The translations under genes were made by a program, and so were the position numbers. Below, in pieces: positions 29,847 to 40,104 of a stretch of DNA of 64,000 nucleotides. The number at the start of each line of letters is the position of its first letter. The stretch's first letter is position 1. Under the pieces are notes generated by a model. The model did not search any database, had not been told where the DNA came from, and saw nothing but the letters and a program-made list of their open reading frames with translations. The stretch is from Bdellovibrionales bacterium (GTDB taxonomy: Bacteria; Bdellovibrionota; Bdellovibrionia; Bdellovibrionales; Bdellovibrionaceae): NCBI GenBank assembly GCA_031370005.1, contig JANMPT010000024.1, forward strand, positions 1-64,000, read 5' to 3'.

Positions 29847-31042
29847 TCTTGTCAAAAAGGGCACAAAATTTAAAAACTTCACCAACGCTTTTTTTAGTAG
29901 CCAAGGCTAAAGAGCTTCAAGCACAAGGTCATCCTGTTATTTCGTTAACTGTGGGAGAACCTGATTGGCCAACCTTTAGCGCAGCGGCTGTGGCTGGCAA
30001 GGAAGCCATAGAAAAGGGAATTACAAAGTATACGGCGGCAAATGGTACGCTGGAGCTGCGCCAAGCCGTGGCCGATAAAATCAAAAGTGAAATAGGTCTT
30101 GAGTATGGAGTTAAAAATATCACGGTCGCATCTGGGGCCAAGTTTATTATTTTCGGCGCTCTTCAAATGCTCTGTAGTCCTGGGGATGAGGTAATAATCA
30201 ATTCTCCATATTGGGTGAGTTATCCAACTATGATAGAACTTGCAGACGGAATACCTGTAATCGTGGAGTGCGGCGAAGCTGATCATTTCAAAATGACTCC
30301 GGAAAAATTAGAAAAAGCGATCACTTCTAAAACGCGCGCATTTTTATTTTGTTCGCCAAGTAACCCCACAGGTTTGATATATACTCGTGAAGAGTTAAAA
30401 GCTTTGGCAAGTGTGCTTTTGCGTCACCCACATGTGATGGTGATTTCTGATGATATCTACAATCGCTTAGTATTTGATGGTACAAGTGTGGCTCCTCACA
30501 TTTTACATGTAGCTCCTGAGCTTAAGGACCGTGTTGTCTTGGTGAATGGGGGCTCAAAAGCTTACTCGATGACGGGATGGCGCATTGGCTGGGCCGCAGG
30601 TCCTGAAAAACTCATTACAGCAATGGGTGATTATCAAAGTCAGTCCACGGGATCCCCATCGAGCATTTCTCAATATGCTGCAGTGGCTGCTATTAAGTAT
30701 TCTGAACCAGATCTTGCTGAGGTTGTGAAGACTTTGATTCAAAGAAAAATTACTACTATGGCAGAGTTTAAACAGCTTTCACAACTGCGAGTGATTGAGC
30801 CTCAGGGCGCTTTTTATCTTTGGGTGGAAATGAAATCTCTTTATGGCAAAACTCATAAGGCCAAGAAGATTCAGGGATCTAAGGATTTTGCAGATATTCT
30901 TTTGAATGAGTATTATGTGGCTACTGTGCCGGGATCTGAGTTTGGTTGCGACGGGTATTTACGTCTTAGTTTTGCATGCGCTGAGTCCCAAATGAAAGAA
31001 GCCATTCAGAGAATGGCTTCTTGCTTGGCAAAGCTCAGTTGA
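29843..31042 (+). CDS. aspC: Class I PLP-dependent (aspartate) aminotransferase
   Basis: GEPD, SPSNPTG, SDDIY, SKAYSMTGWRIG. Confidence 0.9.
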   Translation: MILSKRAQNLKTSPTLFLVAKAKELQAQGHPVISLTVGEPDWPTFSAAAVAGKEAIEKGITKYTAANGTLELRQAVADKIKSEIGLEYGVKNITVASGAKFIIFGALQMLCSPGDEVIINSPYWVSYPTMIELADGIPVIVECGEADHFKMTPEKLEKAITSKTRAFLFCSPSNPTGLIYTREELKALASVLLRHPHVMVISDDIYNRLVFDGTSVAPHILHVAPELKDRVVLVNGGSKAYSMTGWRIGWAAGPEKLITAMGDYQSQSTGSPSSISQYAAVAAIKYSEPDLAEVVKTLIQRKITTMAEFKQLSQLRVIEPQGAFYLWVEMKSLYGKTHKAKKIQGSKDFADILLNEYYVATVPGSEFGCDGYLRLSFACAESQMKEAIQRMASCLAKLS

Positions 31043-31058
31043 GCAGTCAAATGAAGAT

Positions 31059-32216
31059 CTATTGATTGCATTTATATGTCATTGAAATAGTCTTTCCCTC
31101 GACGACAGCATTGTTGAATTTCAAATTTGCACCGGACAAAGTATAATCTGTTGTTGCCACATTGTTAATTGAGACAGACAAACTGCTAGCAACTGGTGAG
31201 CACTCGAGTGTTAAAGATGACAAGGAGTTTAAGATCTTGTCTTTAAAGATATTTAAGTTGGTCGAGAAATCATCTTCACAGATGCTGCCAATCCCCCCGT
31301 TTGTCAATTTGGACATTTCAATGTATTTCAAACCCTGATGGCTTGGAGCCTTGACTCCATTTGAGTCAGCGGTCTCGTCCTGGATTTTTTCACAAGTTGA
31401 GTCAGCAACTACAATCGAATTAAAAGTAAAGCGGACATTCGTTCCAAATACATTTTTGGCCTGTGTCAGTAATGTCGATGGCATGTCGGCGGCCTCTAAT
31501 GGTAAACAGGACGCTGGATCTTCATTCATATTAGTTTTAATGCGCTTACAATCACCACCGACACTGCGCTCATCCTCGTCAGAAATTACGATAACTGCAA
31601 CTGCGGCATCTTTACGATAACAGCCACTGGTGCCAGCGACTCCGGGTTCTCCATTATAGAAATGATGGTAGGCGGCTTTAATGCCGCGCTCATCTCCGGA
31701 GCCTGGAACCCCTGCACCGATGGCATTAATGGTTCTTGTAAAAATATCATTTAAACCTGTGGTTCCCTTTTTAAGAACGTATTGAGGTCCTGACACGGGA
31801 GTGTAGCCCACCCAGTTCACAGAAGCCCCCCAATAATATTTACTACTAATAAGTTGATCGCGAGTTACGGTCACGCACATCTGCCAGTCCATGGACGCTG
31901 AGGAGTTTTCAAGTTGGCTGGCAAAACCGGAAAGTTTATTTGCCAATTTCAACTGATCGGTTTTCATAGAGCCTGAATCATCGATTACGAGAAGAATATC
32001 CACTTTATTAAGGTTAGTTGGAACCACACTGGAATAGGTAACAGAGCGCGGGGTGCCGCCATTGTTAGTCGTCGTATTGCCGGTGTCAGTAATTCCAGGA
32101 TCTATAGATTTTTCAGCAGTTCCAGCATTGAAACGGACATTTCCACAGGAGGATAAAAGAAATACGGAGACGATAAGAGTGCAAAGTCTGTTTAAAACAG
32201 AAATAGATGGTGCCAT
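31059..32216 (-). CDS. vWA-domain lipoprotein
   Basis: LLSSC lipobox; DILLVIDDSGSM MIDAS motif; ISDEDE; Cys-rich. Confidence 0.8.
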   Translation of the reverse strand: MAPSISVLNRLCTLIVSVFLLSSCGNVRFNAGTAEKSIDPGITDTGNTTTNNGGTPRSVTYSSVVPTNLNKVDILLVIDDSGSMKTDQLKLANKLSGFASQLENSSASMDWQMCVTVTRDQLISSKYYWGASVNWVGYTPVSGPQYVLKKGTTGLNDIFTRTINAIGAGVPGSGDERGIKAAYHHFYNGEPGVAGTSGCYRKDAAVAVIVISDEDERSVGGDCKRIKTNMNEDPASCLPLEAADMPSTLLTQAKNVFGTNVRFTFNSIVVADSTCEKIQDETADSNGVKAPSHQGLKYIEMSKLTNGGIGSICEDDFSTNLNIFKDKILNSLSSLTLECSPVASSLSVSINNVATTDYTLSGANLKFNNAVVEGKTISMTYKCNQ

Positions 32217-32402
32217 AAATTAATCCCCCTGGAAAAAGCATAGCATAGTAGCGTTTATAGACAAAGGTGCTGTTATTTTAAAATTCTGAGTAAGTAATAA
32301 ACACATCTTGGGCAAAACTTTTGTCTCAAACTGAGACCTTGGTCCATTGTGGGTTCGAGTGCCTTTCCACTAAACTTAAAGTCATAAAGGCACGGAGGCC
32401 CT

Positions 32403-33218
32403 GTGAGTTTTTGGGTATTGCTGCAAATACTGGTGGATTTGATTTTGATCGCGGGTTCTGTGGGAATCTGGATACGATTCCAGCGCCCCCAAAAAGACGA
32501 TCCACGATTGAGTAAAGGCTTGCAGCTTCTTCAAAGTAAAATTGCAGTTCTCGAGGACCTTTCTGACCGAACTGAAGTTCAGGTACAACAACTGACATCT
32601 TGGCTAGAGCAAAAAATTCGTGAGATACAGCAACAGATACAACATTCTGACAAGCAACTTCTTAAAATTGATCAAAGTATGCAAAAGAGTCTTGAGGTTG
32701 CTAAGATTTTTCAGGACCGCATTCCTCATGGTGAGATAGTTGAGAGGCAGAGTACTATTAAGTATGTGAAAGCGGCTCGTCTAGCGCATCAAGGAATGAG
32801 TGTTCAGGAAATTGCTTCTCAAGTAGAGCTTTCTTTCGGCGAGATTGAGATGATTGCTCAGGTGAACAAAGATCAACTGATGTTTTGCGAGGAAAGTCTT
32901 CCAGAGTGGGCTCAGGCGTCTACTCAACCTGCGGCTGATGTAAAAGCTAATATAAAAGGGAATGATGTGGATTCATTCCAAACGTCACGCATTGATTTGG
33001 AGGCACCGCTGAGCCGTGAGGTTCCAGTGGATCTTGCCAAAGCCTTTGAAGTGCCAAAAATGGATCAAGTTGCGCTCAGAAAACTAGGTGATGCTTTTCG
33101 ACAAGCCTGTGAAACCGCAAATCACCTTCAACAGGTGACGCAAGATTTTGTGGAAGATAGCAAGCCGGTGATTCGTCCCGTCACATTTCCACGCATTGAT
33201 AACCCTAAGTTTAAATAG
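32403..33218 (+). CDS. Membrane-anchored coiled-coil protein with DUF2802-like HTH
   Basis: N-terminal TM, coiled coil, YVKAARLAHQGMSVQEIA...LSFGEIEMI. Confidence 0.7.
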   Translation: MSFWVLLQILVDLILIAGSVGIWIRFQRPQKDDPRLSKGLQLLQSKIAVLEDLSDRTEVQVQQLTSWLEQKIREIQQQIQHSDKQLLKIDQSMQKSLEVAKIFQDRIPHGEIVERQSTIKYVKAARLAHQGMSVQEIASQVELSFGEIEMIAQVNKDQLMFCEESLPEWAQASTQPAADVKANIKGNDVDSFQTSRIDLEAPLSREVPVDLAKAFEVPKMDQVALRKLGDAFRQACETANHLQQVTQDFVEDSKPVIRPVTFPRIDNPKFK

Positions 33219-33318
33219 AAGCCTTCTTTGTGACGAGCCTGTGACTGCCTTAATAAGCTTTCTTCAAGGGCATTGAGTTTTCTATCCTGTCAATAAAAGA
33301 CTGTGGCATAAAGCTACC

Positions 33319-34641
33319 ATGGAAAAAACATTTCAGGTGCGCGATTTTTTGATTCTGCTGAAGAAGCATAAAAAACTTTTTATCGGAGTCTTTGCCAGTC
33401 TTCTTTTTGTTTCACTGCTAATATATATTTTTAAAATTCCATATGTAGGTAAGGGCAGATTGCTAGTGAATGACTCGCAAAATAGTTCCTTGCAAGCCTT
33501 TTCAACTGCATATTTTGGAATGACAAAGACAGTGGTGGATGGAAAAAAAGGAAACACTCAAATTGGAAAACAGGTCGAAGTCCTAAGAACTCGTGATTTT
33601 TATGAAAAGCTTATTCAACGCATTGATGTCTATGGCAAAAGTCCGCAGCTTAGTATTGATGAACAGCAGGCATATGAATATATTAAGAAAAAATATCTCG
33701 AAGAGGCACTTAAAGACGAGGCCAGCCGCCAAAGGTTTATCATTAAGTTGGATTCTTGGTCCCAGGCAAAGCTTGATTCGGATTATGAGATCCGGGTTTC
33801 ATTCTCTACCCCTTCTAAAGGTCTCTCTCTTTTCTTAACTAATGCGGCACTGGATCTTTCCTCAGATTACCTGCGTGACCGCGAGATGGCAGAAATCAAC
33901 GAAGTCGAAAAATTTATCAACGATCAAATGCAAATTGTGAATAAAAATATTAAAAGCCTTACTCAGGAATTATCTGACTTCCAGACTCAGCCTGAAAATC
34001 TTATTTCAATGACCAGCCGAGAAAAAATGGGGGAATACCTTTCGGATTTGATGGTGCGAATTAATGAAGCTAAGTTAAAAATCTCTGAAAATCGAAAAGA
34101 TATGGAGTTTCTGCAAGAAGGGAGGGGGGCTGAAAAGCATGTTGGCAGTTCCCTTTACGGAGTGGGCGGGCGCATTGAGGCACTTCGACTTGAAAATAAA
34201 ATGCTTGAGGGCCGTATGGTCCAGCTCAAAGAGTCAGTGGGGCGCATTGGCAAGCAGCTCAAGACTCTTCCAGTGGCAGCGCAAATGCTAGAGGACAGGC
34301 GCAAAAAATCTGAGCTTGAATATGCCAAATACAAAGAGCTCAGTGAAACTCTTACAAAGGTGGAGGCACAGAAATTATCTATTCATGATCGTTTCGAGAT
34401 TCTTGAAAGAGCTCGTTCTGATAACACAAATCCCCAGGTGGATCTCATGACTTTCTGTTTTCTAAGCGTAGTGATATCTTTGGTTTTTGGATTAGTCTTT
34501 GTGTATATTAAATATCTTTGGAGTCCCATGGAAATGCAAAAGCAGGATATGCGCAACATTATGGTATTTGATAATCCTAATCAAGATTTTCAGTCAGGCA
34601 TTGAAAATTCGGATATCAATTTTCAAATAGGAAACACGTGA
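33319..34641 (+). CDS. Wzz/GumC-like polysaccharide co-polymerase (no kinase domain)
   Basis: Two TM helices flanking a long periplasmic coiled coil; QVEVLRTR. Confidence 0.7.
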   Translation: MEKTFQVRDFLILLKKHKKLFIGVFASLLFVSLLIYIFKIPYVGKGRLLVNDSQNSSLQAFSTAYFGMTKTVVDGKKGNTQIGKQVEVLRTRDFYEKLIQRIDVYGKSPQLSIDEQQAYEYIKKKYLEEALKDEASRQRFIIKLDSWSQAKLDSDYEIRVSFSTPSKGLSLFLTNAALDLSSDYLRDREMAEINEVEKFINDQMQIVNKNIKSLTQELSDFQTQPENLISMTSREKMGEYLSDLMVRINEAKLKISENRKDMEFLQEGRGAEKHVGSSLYGVGGRIEALRLENKMLEGRMVQLKESVGRIGKQLKTLPVAAQMLEDRRKKSELEYAKYKELSETLTKVEAQKLSIHDRFEILERARSDNTNPQVDLMTFCFLSVVISLVFGLVFVYIKYLWSPMEMQKQDMRNIMVFDNPNQDFQSGIENSDINFQIGNT

Positions 34642-34673
34642 CAAAAAGAGATTAATTTTTTAGTGTAAGCTCT

Positions 34674-35060
34674 GTGAGTCAAGTGGATAAGGATCGACCC
34701 TCAACTTGGAAAGTTTATCGTAATGGGATGTGTGATAACTGCTGGGGCGGTTGTTGTACAATGCCTGTCGAGGTGCAGCTTCGTGACTTGATTCGTTTAG
34801 AAGTTATCAGCGAAGACGAGGCTTTGGGTTCCGTCAAAAAACTTGCAAAAAAACTCATGCGTGAAGGTGTAATTAGCAGCTATCGCCAGGGGACAGAGCT
34901 TTTTATACTGACCCAGAAACATGGCCGCGACTGTTACTTTCTTGATTCAAAATCCCGTCTGTGTACTGTCTATGAAAAGCGCCCCGGAGTCTGTCGTGAG
35001 TTCCCAAGTATTGGGCCTCGCCCGGGGTTTTGCCCTGCAAGGGCAAAAGGCCCTCTCTGA
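34674..35060 (+). CDS. YkgJ family Cys-cluster protein
   Basis: CDNCWGGCC...CYFLD...CTVYEKRPGVCR. Confidence 0.88.
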   Translation: MSQVDKDRPSTWKVYRNGMCDNCWGGCCTMPVEVQLRDLIRLEVISEDEALGSVKKLAKKLMREGVISSYRQGTELFILTQKHGRDCYFLDSKSRLCTVYEKRPGVCREFPSIGPRPGFCPARAKGPL

Positions 35061-35119
35061 CTTTGAAATAAAAAGCGCACTGTCTAAAACCTATGCAGCA
35101 GCTCGCATAAATTGCCAAG

Positions 35120-35150
35120 TGGAGGTCTCATTCCCGGAATGAGACCTCCA
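35120..35150. repeat. Perfect 14-bp inverted repeat
   Basis: TGGAGGTCTCATTC-CCG-GAATGAGACCTCCA. Confidence 0.8.
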
Positions 35151-35173
35151 GCTCTATCACAATCAATCCCTAT

Positions 35174-35188
35174 TGGCACAAGCTTGGC
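35174..35188 (+). promoter_or_regulatory. Putative sigma-54 promoter
   Basis: TGGCAC-AAGCT-TGGC with GG/GC at -24/-12 spacing. Confidence 0.55.
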
Positions 35189-35220
35189 TTATTGAATAGA
35201 TATAACCAAGTGAGGCGTAT

Positions 35221-36303
35221 ATGGAAAACACAAACACAAATCGATATGCAACAGGAGTGATTCTGTCGGCGATGGTTGTTTTCTTTGGAGGCTTTGTCTT
35301 CATTCATGGAGTATTTACGGCAGCTCGTAGCAATGCTGAGTTTGATATGTCATACAGTATGCCGCGCCCTAAAAAAGCACTATATAACTTCTTTTTCGGT
35401 CTGGAAGAACGTGAGCTTGAGTATAAAGAAATCAATCCTTTCAAGGATAAAACAGCGGGCGGCAAGGCGAAGACGGCAGGGGTGGGGTCTCACAAGGACC
35501 TTCCTAAGATTGACACTAAAAAAACGGACGCTAAAAAAGCAGCTCAAAAAAATGCAACGACTACGGTCCCAAAAAAGACTGAAGTAAAAGTAAATATCAT
35601 AAATGCAGATCCGCAGAGCCCTTTGGTGGCTGGGCGAGCCAGTGTTGAAGAGTCAATTCAAACCGGTGGCGCAAGTGCTCAAGGTTTAGCCATTGCTCAA
35701 GCGGGCGTTGGGGTTAAGCGAGCTGTAGACACTTTGAGCGCAGCTCAGTGGAGGTCTTTGGTTCTTGGTCAGCCGACAAAAGAAAACGTGATGAAGCTTA
35801 TCGCAGGGTTCAATAATAAAGAAGTTGATTCAAGCACTTTATATCAGATTATGAATGATCTTATGCAAAGCTCAAACACAGAGACCCAAGGTCTTGGTTT
35901 GATGATTGGTGAAAATATCCCAAGCCTGAAGAGCTTTAGTATTGTTTCTGATAATTATGAAAAATTCGATGCGACAACTAAGAAAAGTGCTGACATGTAT
36001 TTTATGACCTATATGCAGAGTTCAAAGTTAGAAATTCTTGCTTTGGCTCTCCGATCCAATGACTCACAAGTTGTCTCTCGTGCAGCACAAGTGATGGTGG
36101 CTGGCCTCGAGCAAGTTAAATCCAGTCAAAATACAGGCGCCGGCAGATACGATAGCGGACGTGGAGTCGTGGCTTCAAACACGAGCAAATCGTATACCCA
36201 GTTTGTTGCCATCTTCCAGGATTTAGTGAAAAGCCCTGATAGCACTCTTGCTGGTCTTGCCCAAAATGCACTGACTCAAATCCAGTCCCTCTCAAACACC
36301 TAG
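35221..36303 (+). CDS. Hypothetical membrane-anchored protein (Lys-rich linker, helical C-terminal domain)
   Basis: Long ORF with SD GAGG and N-terminal TM. Confidence 0.75.
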   Translation: MENTNTNRYATGVILSAMVVFFGGFVFIHGVFTAARSNAEFDMSYSMPRPKKALYNFFFGLEERELEYKEINPFKDKTAGGKAKTAGVGSHKDLPKIDTKKTDAKKAAQKNATTTVPKKTEVKVNIINADPQSPLVAGRASVEESIQTGGASAQGLAIAQAGVGVKRAVDTLSAAQWRSLVLGQPTKENVMKLIAGFNNKEVDSSTLYQIMNDLMQSSNTETQGLGLMIGENIPSLKSFSIVSDNYEKFDATTKKSADMYFMTYMQSSKLEILALALRSNDSQVVSRAAQVMVAGLEQVKSSQNTGAGRYDSGRGVVASNTSKSYTQFVAIFQDLVKSPDSTLAGLAQNALTQIQSLSNT

Positions 36304-36335
36304 ACTAATTTCACGAATTAGTTTTTGATGAAGAT

Positions 36336-37064
36336 ATGCTAAGTTTGCTCATCACAGTTTTTTTCATTTTTATTTCATGGCAGTCCAATGCGGCCATGAC
36401 TCTTCCAAAAAATTTGAATTCCTCTGATCGTGAAGTGACACTCGGCACCTTGGGTTTTGGTTCAAGCCCCAAACTTCTTTCAAGTCCCTATCCACTGGGT
36501 GGATATGATGGAGTGGAGGTGGGTTTGAGTAGCGAATATATTCCCTTATCGGATGTTGCAAGCCTGGGCGGCAAGTCGACTTCTCGCGGCGATATCAATT
36601 ATTTTAATCTCGTTTTAGGAAAGGGACTTTTTTATAATATAGATATTTTTGTGCAATTTATTCCTATGCCCCAGGAGGAATCCATTTCAGGCTTCGGCGG
36701 TCAATTGCGCTGGGCTTTTTATGAAACCAAATTTATGCCAACAGCGCTTAGTTTGGTCTTCAATGCCTCCAGCACGAACTTTAATAACTTGTTAGGATCT
36801 GAAACCACAGGAGTTGACTTAGTTGGCTCTGTAAACATGCGAGATGTTTCCCTGTTTTTTGGTTTGGGCCAGGCCCGCTCGATTGGTACTTTCATTGGTG
36901 GTGTAGGCGGGATTACTGACTCAGGAAATGCGGAGACAACGGATGTATCGTCTCAGCACACGATTTTCGGAATAAGCATAAAAATGTCGAATATATTCTT
37001 AGCGCTTGAGGTGGATCGTTATGTTCAATCCACGTATGCGGGCAAACTTGGTCTTCGCTTCTAA
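36336..37064 (+). CDS. Putative outer-membrane beta-barrel protein
   Basis: Signal peptide, alternating beta pattern, C-terminal GLRF. Confidence 0.65.
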   Translation: MLSLLITVFFIFISWQSNAAMTLPKNLNSSDREVTLGTLGFGSSPKLLSSPYPLGGYDGVEVGLSSEYIPLSDVASLGGKSTSRGDINYFNLVLGKGLFYNIDIFVQFIPMPQEESISGFGGQLRWAFYETKFMPTALSLVFNASSTNFNNLLGSETTGVDLVGSVNMRDVSLFFGLGQARSIGTFIGGVGGITDSGNAETTDVSSQHTIFGISIKMSNIFLALEVDRYVQSTYAGKLGLRF

Positions 37065-37084
37065 TATTTTTAATCGATCGCGTA

Positions 37085-37552
37085 TTAACTCTGGGCTTTC
37101 TCTATAAGCTTTGTCGTTGATTTGCCATCAACGAATTGCAAAGACATAACCTTGCCGCCATTAGCGGTTACAAAATCTGAACCGACGATCTGGTCAATTT
37201 TCCAATCTCCACCCTTGACTAGAATATCTGGATTTACGGCTTCAATAAGACTCTTTGGAGTGTCTTCAGTAAAGATCACAGTGAAGTCCACAGAACCCAA
37301 GGCCGCAAGAATCTCAGCCCGATCTGCTTCGGTTTGCAAAGGACGAGTTGGTCCTTTTAGGAGCTTAACACTGGAGTCGCTATTTACTCCAACAACTAGA
37401 ATATCACCAAGTTTTTTGGCTTCTTGTAAATAACGAATATGGCCTACGTGAAGTAGATCGAAGCAGCCATTTGTGAAAATTATTTTTTTGTTTTGTGCTT
37501 TTAAAGCAGCCAGATAAGAGCTAATTTTTTCAAACTTAACTACCTGGCCCAT
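37085..37552 (-). CDS. rfaE2: D-glycero-beta-D-manno-heptose 1-phosphate adenylyltransferase
   Basis: FTNGCFDLLHVGH, NSDSSV..LKGPTRP, KGGD, STT. Confidence 0.93.
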   Translation of the reverse strand: MGQVVKFEKISSYLAALKAQNKKIIFTNGCFDLLHVGHIRYLQEAKKLGDILVVGVNSDSSVKLLKGPTRPLQTEADRAEILAALGSVDFTVIFTEDTPKSLIEAVNPDILVKGGDWKIDQIVGSDFVTANGGKVMSLQFVDGKSTTKLIEKAQS

Positions 37553-37558
37553 GGAAAA

Positions 37559-38332
37559 CTAAACCTTTTTAAGAAGAGGAGCCCCTGTGATTTCGCCAGC
37601 GATATCTTTTTTAAAGAGCACAGACAATACAGGAAGCACAATGAATCCAGTCGCGATAACAAGCGCACAGCGAGCCAGGACTTTCAAAGAGTACATAGCG
37701 GAGGTCATGTCTTCTGGCTGGCCGATGCGTTGCTCAAATGCCCACTCCCCAGGAGTTGATCCTACAAACATGCGATTCACCAAAAGATAAATAAAACTAA
37801 CAGAAGTTAGTAGTGCGGAAGTTGAGAGATAAATCATGCCGCCTTTGTCAGGATTTGAAAGATTTGCAATCAAGTCGGCCTTGGTCACTATTAAAACGAT
37901 GATCATACAAAGAATACTGGCCGCAATGACAAGCATTCCATCCAAAAAAGCCGACGAGAGGTTCCAGACGTCTTCTGCGTACTCACTTACCTTAGGCGCT
38001 TGTGCAGTGATTTTCCCGGTGGATTTATTTTGAAAATCCAAGCGACGGTTTTTTTGCAAGGTTTTCAGAATTTCATCAACAGCAGATGAGGACGAAGATG
38101 TCTTAGGTTCAACAGCAGCTGGAGTTGTCGGCTTTCTTGGGAGCGGAGAGCGAAGTGGGTCCGCCACGTTCTCCTCAAGCAGAGCTAGGCCGGCGTTATT
38201 CAAGCTCTGAACGGGCTTACTTACCTCCAGGGACAAATCGAAATCCACAGCCTTTTGAGCAGATGTTTTCTTTTTGTGAAAACCTAAGCCCTCAGTTAGG
38301 GGCTTAAATTCAAATTCTTCAAATGGATCCAT
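37559..38332 (-). CDS. RDD family membrane protein
   Basis: SAFLD...GSTPGEW RDD-like C-terminal domain; N-terminal FEFKPLTEGLGFH. Confidence 0.65.
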   Translation of the reverse strand: MDPFEEFEFKPLTEGLGFHKKKTSAQKAVDFDLSLEVSKPVQSLNNAGLALLEENVADPLRSPLPRKPTTPAAVEPKTSSSSSAVDEILKTLQKNRRLDFQNKSTGKITAQAPKVSEYAEDVWNLSSAFLDGMLVIAASILCMIIVLIVTKADLIANLSNPDKGGMIYLSTSALLTSVSFIYLLVNRMFVGSTPGEWAFEQRIGQPEDMTSAMYSLKVLARCALVIATGFIVLPVLSVLFKKDIAGEITGAPLLKKV

Positions 38333-38372
38333 TCCATCTCCCTCCCGATGGGTCGATATATACATAGAAACA

Positions 38373-39128
38373 TCAACACATCAGATCAAAGTCATACTTT
38401 AAAACGGACACAAGGGCCATGCAAGCCGTTTCCACTCTCAAAACTTGGGATCCGAGGGTCACTGGATGAAGGGCCAGAGTGCGTAATTTTTCGACCTCGT
38501 CATAGGAGAAACCACCTTCACTTCCCACAAATGCCCAAATTTCTTTGACAGGCTCGACTTCTATTTTTTTGCTCAGATAGTTTTTAATGCTGAGAGTCGA
38601 ATGGCCTTCATATGCAAAAAGACCCATCACCGAAGCTTTTTGGTTAAATGTGCTTAAAAAAACATCAAGTCCGAGGGCAGTGCCAATCTGCATAAGATCG
38701 CCTCGGCCACTTTGCTGAGTTGCTGAGCGGATGATCTTGTTCCATCTTTCGACCTTATTCGCGGAGAGCGCGCCGGGAGTGCGAACAAAACTAAATTCTG
38801 TAAAAAGTGGCTGAATGCTTTTAACACCCATCTCAACGGCTTTTTCGACGATGGCATCCATTACTGGAAAGCGTGGAATAGCCAAAGCCAGATGAATATG
38901 AGGTTCTGGCAAAGTGGGAATGACACGCTCTTCAATCACACGGGCTTCTGCGGATTTTTTTCCAACGGATAGGACTTCGACCAGATAAGCTTTGCTGTCC
39001 TCGCTTAAGACCTCAAATTTAGAGCCTACTTCTTGGCGGCAAACACCGAAGATATGGTGGAAGATGTCACCCACAAATGTGATGCGCACACCATTAAGAT
39101 CCTTTTTTTCAATCCAATAGCGACGCAT
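38373..39128 (-). CDS. rsmE: 16S rRNA m3U1498 methyltransferase
   Basis: EKAVEMGV, ATQQSGR, VGSEGGFS, LRVETA. Confidence 0.94.
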   Translation of the reverse strand: MRRYWIEKKDLNGVRITFVGDIFHHIFGVCRQEVGSKFEVLSEDSKAYLVEVLSVGKKSAEARVIEERVIPTLPEPHIHLALAIPRFPVMDAIVEKAVEMGVKSIQPLFTEFSFVRTPGALSANKVERWNKIIRSATQQSGRGDLMQIGTALGLDVFLSTFNQKASVMGLFAYEGHSTLSIKNYLSKKIEVEPVKEIWAFVGSEGGFSYDEVEKLRTLALHPVTLGSQVLRVETACMALVSVLKYDFDLMC

Positions 39129-39129
39129 G

Positions 39130-40047
39130 TTAGGCCTCCGTGGCGGCTTCAATTTCAGGCTTCTGAACCCAATATCCAACCCACTCTTCTTTTTCAAGCC
39201 GTCGAAGTACTTTTAAGTTAGAGGACTCAATAAATTTTTCAAAAAAAAGATTGTCTCTTTCAGTTAGAATTCCCGTAAGGAATAAAAAACCACCAGGCTT
39301 TAAAACGCGTAAAAGATCTTTTTTGATATTGATCAAAATACCATCGATGATGTTTGCAACCACCACATCATATTCGCCACGAACTTCTTCTAAAAGAGCA
39401 TCCGAAATATTGATTTCTGTCATTTTATTGAGCTTAATATTTTCCTTAGCAACACGTCGCGCCTCAGGATCAATTTCGATTCCAGAAACCAAGCCGAATC
39501 CACTTTTCAGCGCAAGCATTGCCAAAAGGGCAGTGCCGGTGCCGACATCAAGAAGTGACCAGTCGGGAATGTTTTTTTTGTATTTCTCCGAAAGCTTGTG
39601 AATAAAGTAAGAGGCCATTTTGGTCGTTGCATGAGTCCCAGTGCCGAAAGCCATTCCTGGATCAATATAAATTGGATGCACACACTCTGGTGGAGGCTGA
39701 AGCCAAGAGGGAATGATCCAAAAGGGGCCTACGAGTTGAAACGGCTTAAAACTTTTTTTCCATTCCTCGAGCCAGTCCTTATTTTCTTCTTCAAAAAGGT
39801 CCCAAGTAATATTTTGATCAAGTTTTTCGAGACCTTTAAAAAATTCTTCAGTGGGTTTCTCCATGAAAAATATGTCAAGATCATGGTTCTTTATCGGAAC
39901 TAAATCTGGCTCGTAGGTCAGATCAGGTTGCGTATAGGCGAGTGCCTCGGAGATGCCCGTAGCACCGTACTTAAAAGAATAAGAGGTGATATCATCCTCG
40001 AGAAGATTGGAAACGCGGTTTAGACGAATACGAAAATATGAACTCAT
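39130..40047 (-). CDS. prmA: Ribosomal protein L11 methyltransferase
   Basis: DPGMAFGTGTHATT, DVGTGT, VANI. Confidence 0.95.
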   Translation of the reverse strand: MSSYFRIRLNRVSNLLEDDITSYSFKYGATGISEALAYTQPDLTYEPDLVPIKNHDLDIFFMEKPTEEFFKGLEKLDQNITWDLFEEENKDWLEEWKKSFKPFQLVGPFWIIPSWLQPPPECVHPIYIDPGMAFGTGTHATTKMASYFIHKLSEKYKKNIPDWSLLDVGTGTALLAMLALKSGFGLVSGIEIDPEARRVAKENIKLNKMTEINISDALLEEVRGEYDVVVANIIDGILINIKKDLLRVLKPGGFLFLTGILTERDNLFFEKFIESSNLKVLRRLEKEEWVGYWVQKPEIEAATEA

Positions 40048-40104
40048 CGGGTAAACCTAGCCTAAAAGTCTTCTTGGGTCTAGCTGGGAGTGCAGAACTT
40101 AAAT

